A stretch of 39,375 nt of DNA from Nemertoderma westbladi. Taxonomy: Eukaryota > Animalia > Xenacoelomorpha. Within the stretch, counting starts at the first letter, position 1. Each line of letters begins with the position of its first letter. Of the stretch, positions 36,308 through 39,375 are shown in pieces. The notes under the pieces were generated by a model, which saw only the letters and a list, made by a program, of their open reading frames with translations, was not told the origin of the DNA and ran no database searches. The stretch lies in NCBI GenBank assembly GCA_032718475.1, contig JAUCBJ010008471.1:1-39375 (forward strand), in the 5' to 3' direction. Position numbers and translations under genes: made by a program.

Positions 36308-38545
36308 TCCTCTATTGAGATCCCCTTACAGTATTCCTACATGGCTCTCCCCACTACATGGCTCTCCCCACTACTCCTCTATTGAGCTCCCCTTACAGTA
36401 TTCCTACATGGCTCTCCCCACTACATGGCTCTCCCCACTACTCCTCTATTGAGCTCCCCTTACAGTATTCCTACATGGCTCTCCCCAGTACTCCTCTATT
36501 GAGCTCCCCTTACAGTATCCCTACATGGCTCTCCCCACTACATGGCTCTCCCCACTACTCCTCTATTGAGCTCCCCTTACAGTATTCCTACATGGCTCTC
36601 CCCACTACTCCTCTATTGAGCTCCCCTTACAGTATTCCTACATGGCTCTCCCCACTACTCCTCTATTGAGCTCCCCTTACAGTATTCCTACATGGCTCTC
36701 CCCACTACTCCTCTATTGAGCTCCCCTTACAGTATTCCTACATGGCTCTCCCCACTACTCCTCTATTGAGCTCCCCTTACAGTATTCCTACATGGCTCTC
36801 CCCACTACTCCTCTATTGAGCTCCCCTTACAGTATTCCTACATGGCTCTCCCCACTACTACTCTATTAAGCTCCCCTTACAGTATTCCTACATGGCTCTC
36901 CCCACTACTCCTCTATTGAGCTCCCCTTACAGTATTCCTACATGGCTCTCCCCACTACTCCTCTATTGAGCTCCCCTTACAGTATTCCTACATGGCTCTC
37001 CCCACTACTCCTCTATTGAGCTTCCCTTACAGTATCCCTACATGGCTCTCCCCACTACATGGCTCTCCCCACTACATGGCTCTCCCCACTACTCCTCTAT
37101 TGAGCTCCCCTTACAGTATTCCTACATGGCTCTCCCCACTACATGGCTCTCCCCACTACTCCTCTATTGAGCTCCCCTTACAGTATTCCTACATGGCTCT
37201 CCCCACTACATGGCTCTCCCCACTACTCCTCTATTGAGCTCCCCTTACAGTATTCCTACATGGCTCTCCCCACTACTCCTCTATTGAGCTCCCCTTACAG
37301 TATTCCTACATGGCTCTCCCCACTACTCCTCTATTGAGCTCCCCTTACAGTATTCCTACATGGCTCTCCCCACTACTCCTCTATTGAGCTCCCCTTACAG
37401 TATTCCTACATGGCTCTCCCCACTACTACTCTATTAAGCTCCCCTTACAGTATTCCTACATGGCTCTCCCCACTACTCCTCTATTGAGCTCCCCTTACAG
37501 TATTCCTACATGGCTCTCCCCACTACTCCTCTATTGAGCTCCCCTTACAGTATTCCTACATGGCTCTCCCCAGTACTCCTCTATTGAGCTCCCCTTACAG
37601 TATCCCTACATGGCTCTCCCCACTACTCCTCTATTGAGCTCCCCTTACAGTATTCCTACATGGCTCTCCCCAGTACTCCTCTATTGAGCTCCCCTTACAG
37701 TATCCCTACATGGCTCTCCCCACTACATGGCTCTCCCCACTACTCCTCTATTGAGCTCCCCTTACAGTATTCCTACATGGCTCTCCCCACTACTCCTCTA
37801 TTGAGCTCCCCTTACAGTATTCCTACATGGCTCTCCCCACTACTCCTCTATTGAGCTCCCCTTACAGTATTCCTACATGGCTCTCCCCACTACTCCTCTA
37901 TTGAGCTTCCCTTACAGTATCCCTACATGGCTCTCCCCACTACATGGCTCTCCCCACTACATGGCTCTCCCCACTACTCCTCTATTGAGCTCCCCTTACA
38001 GTATCCCTACATGGCTCTCCCCACTACATGGCTCTCCCCACTACATGGCTCTCCCCACTACTCCTCTATTGAGCTCCCCTTACAGTATTCCTACATGGCT
38101 CTCCCCACTACATGGCTCTCCCCACTACATGGCTCTCCCCACTACTCCTCTATTGAGCTTCCCTTACAGTATCCCTACATGGCTCTCCCCACTACATGGC
38201 TCTCCCCACTACATGGCTCTCCCCACTACTCCTCTATTGAGCTCCCCTTACAGTATTCCTACATGGCTCTCCCCACTACTCCTCTATTGAGCTCCCCTTA
38301 CAGTATTCCTACATGGCTCTCCCCACTACTCCTCTATTGAGCTCCCCTTACAGTATTCCTACATGGCTCTCCCCACTACTCCTCTATTGAGCTCCCCTTA
38401 CAGTATTCCTACATGGCTCTCCCCACTACTCCTCTATTGAGCTCCCCTTACAGTATTCCTACATGGCTCTCCCCACTACTCATCTATTGAGCTCCCCTTA
38501 CAGTATTCCTACATGGCTCTCCCCACTACATGGCTCTCCTAACTA
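36308..38545. repeat. 50-bp minisatellite with a variable 17-bp internal sub-repeat
   Basis: Unit CTCCTCTATTGAGCTCCCCTTACAGTATTCCTACATGGCTCTCCCCACTA, with CATGGCTCTCCCCACTA present 1-3 times (50/67/84-bp units). Confidence 0.97.
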
Positions 38546-39375
38546 CCGCTTCTAGATTGTGTAAATTGCAGTGTACTGCTCTAAATGGTCGCCTAATTCC
38601 AGAAAGTTAATGTTATGTTTTATTGTTTGTATTAATATCCATGACGACTATGTCGGGAAAGGTCGGCCTAATAATAGTAATAAATTTTAAGCTGAGAGCA
38701 AATCATATTATGACAATTATGTTTGACAATTATAAATGATTGAATTATGAGCTACATAGTAGAGCTATATGTTCTAGTAAACAGGCATCCCATATACACC
38801 ATGTCCCGTAATATAGTGTTATTTTCTGATGACACGGACCACCCAGATTTTTTTACAAATCTTTATCATATTGCTTGAAATTTGAAACACCACTAGTTCA
38901 ACTCACTGTGGTTGTTACCATGAAGCCGGAATTTTCGATTTTGCATTTATATACATTTTTTTTTTATAAGCGTTTTAAAAAATGTATTTTGAGAAATCGC
39001 ACCCTCCGTATCGTGGCCATTCTTCACATTAGTCGTATTTTTTTCATATCATTAAAAAGCTTGCGTTGCAAGGATTCCAAATATGTAATAATGTCTGAAT
39101 TTCGTTGAGAAACAGCTTAGATATAGGCGTTCAAAGATTGCAAGAATTGTTGTTCGCTACAGGCCATTTATTCTATTTAATAAATACACAATATTCTAGA
39201 ATGTGTTATTTATTTTATGAGTTAAGTTGGCAACAGCTCGGTATTCCTATACAATATGTCTATTGCGTAGCTGTCAAGGACTACTATACTACAGGACTGT
39301 ATAGTATAGTAGATTAGTGGATATATATAGTGATTAGTAGATATATAGTGGATAGTATGACCGGTAGTATAAGTA

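Noticed and set aside
36358-38340. Multiple MALPTTPLL ORFs
   Set aside because: They are translations of the 50/17-bp minisatellite.
38790-39110. Possible Tc1-like MITE starting TACACCATGTCCC
   Set aside because: No matching inverted end was found in the window.
39363-39375. GGTAGTATAAGTA resembling the Polinton terminus
   Set aside because: Short, imperfect, embedded in low-complexity TAG/TATA sequence at the window edge, and on the wrong side to pair with the end at 3233.

Overview
Eukaryotic (AT-rich, most likely invertebrate animal) genomic DNA, not prokaryotic. Left end (1-3233): one terminus of a Maverick/Polinton-type element on the minus strand, with a 5'-AGTAGT end, a 348-aa ORF with a PC4-like segment, and the zinc-finger/GSGW N-terminus of a probable protein-primed PolB running off the window. 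4.2-8.1 kb: two 5'-truncated LINEs (minus strand). From 9744: the first seven coding exons of an SLC26A11-like anion transporter gene (+), whose introns are inflated by transposons carrying satellites. These include a 15.7-kb TTAA-flanked piggyBac derivative holding ~154 copies of a 77-bp unit, a nested TA-flanked element with a 22-bp array, a foldback element with a 24-bp array, hAT MITEs, two copies of a tRNA-SINE, and a 50/17-bp minisatellite. The most unusual signal is in intron 6: a Penelope-like retroelement remnant (GIY-YIG) whose inverted pseudo-LTR carries an intact minimal hammerhead ribozyme placed where the anticodon arm would be in a tRNA-like Pol III unit (A box, B box, T5 terminator). 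Family assignments come from motif recognition by eye; no searches were run. Most long ORFs in the track are artefacts of tandem repeats.
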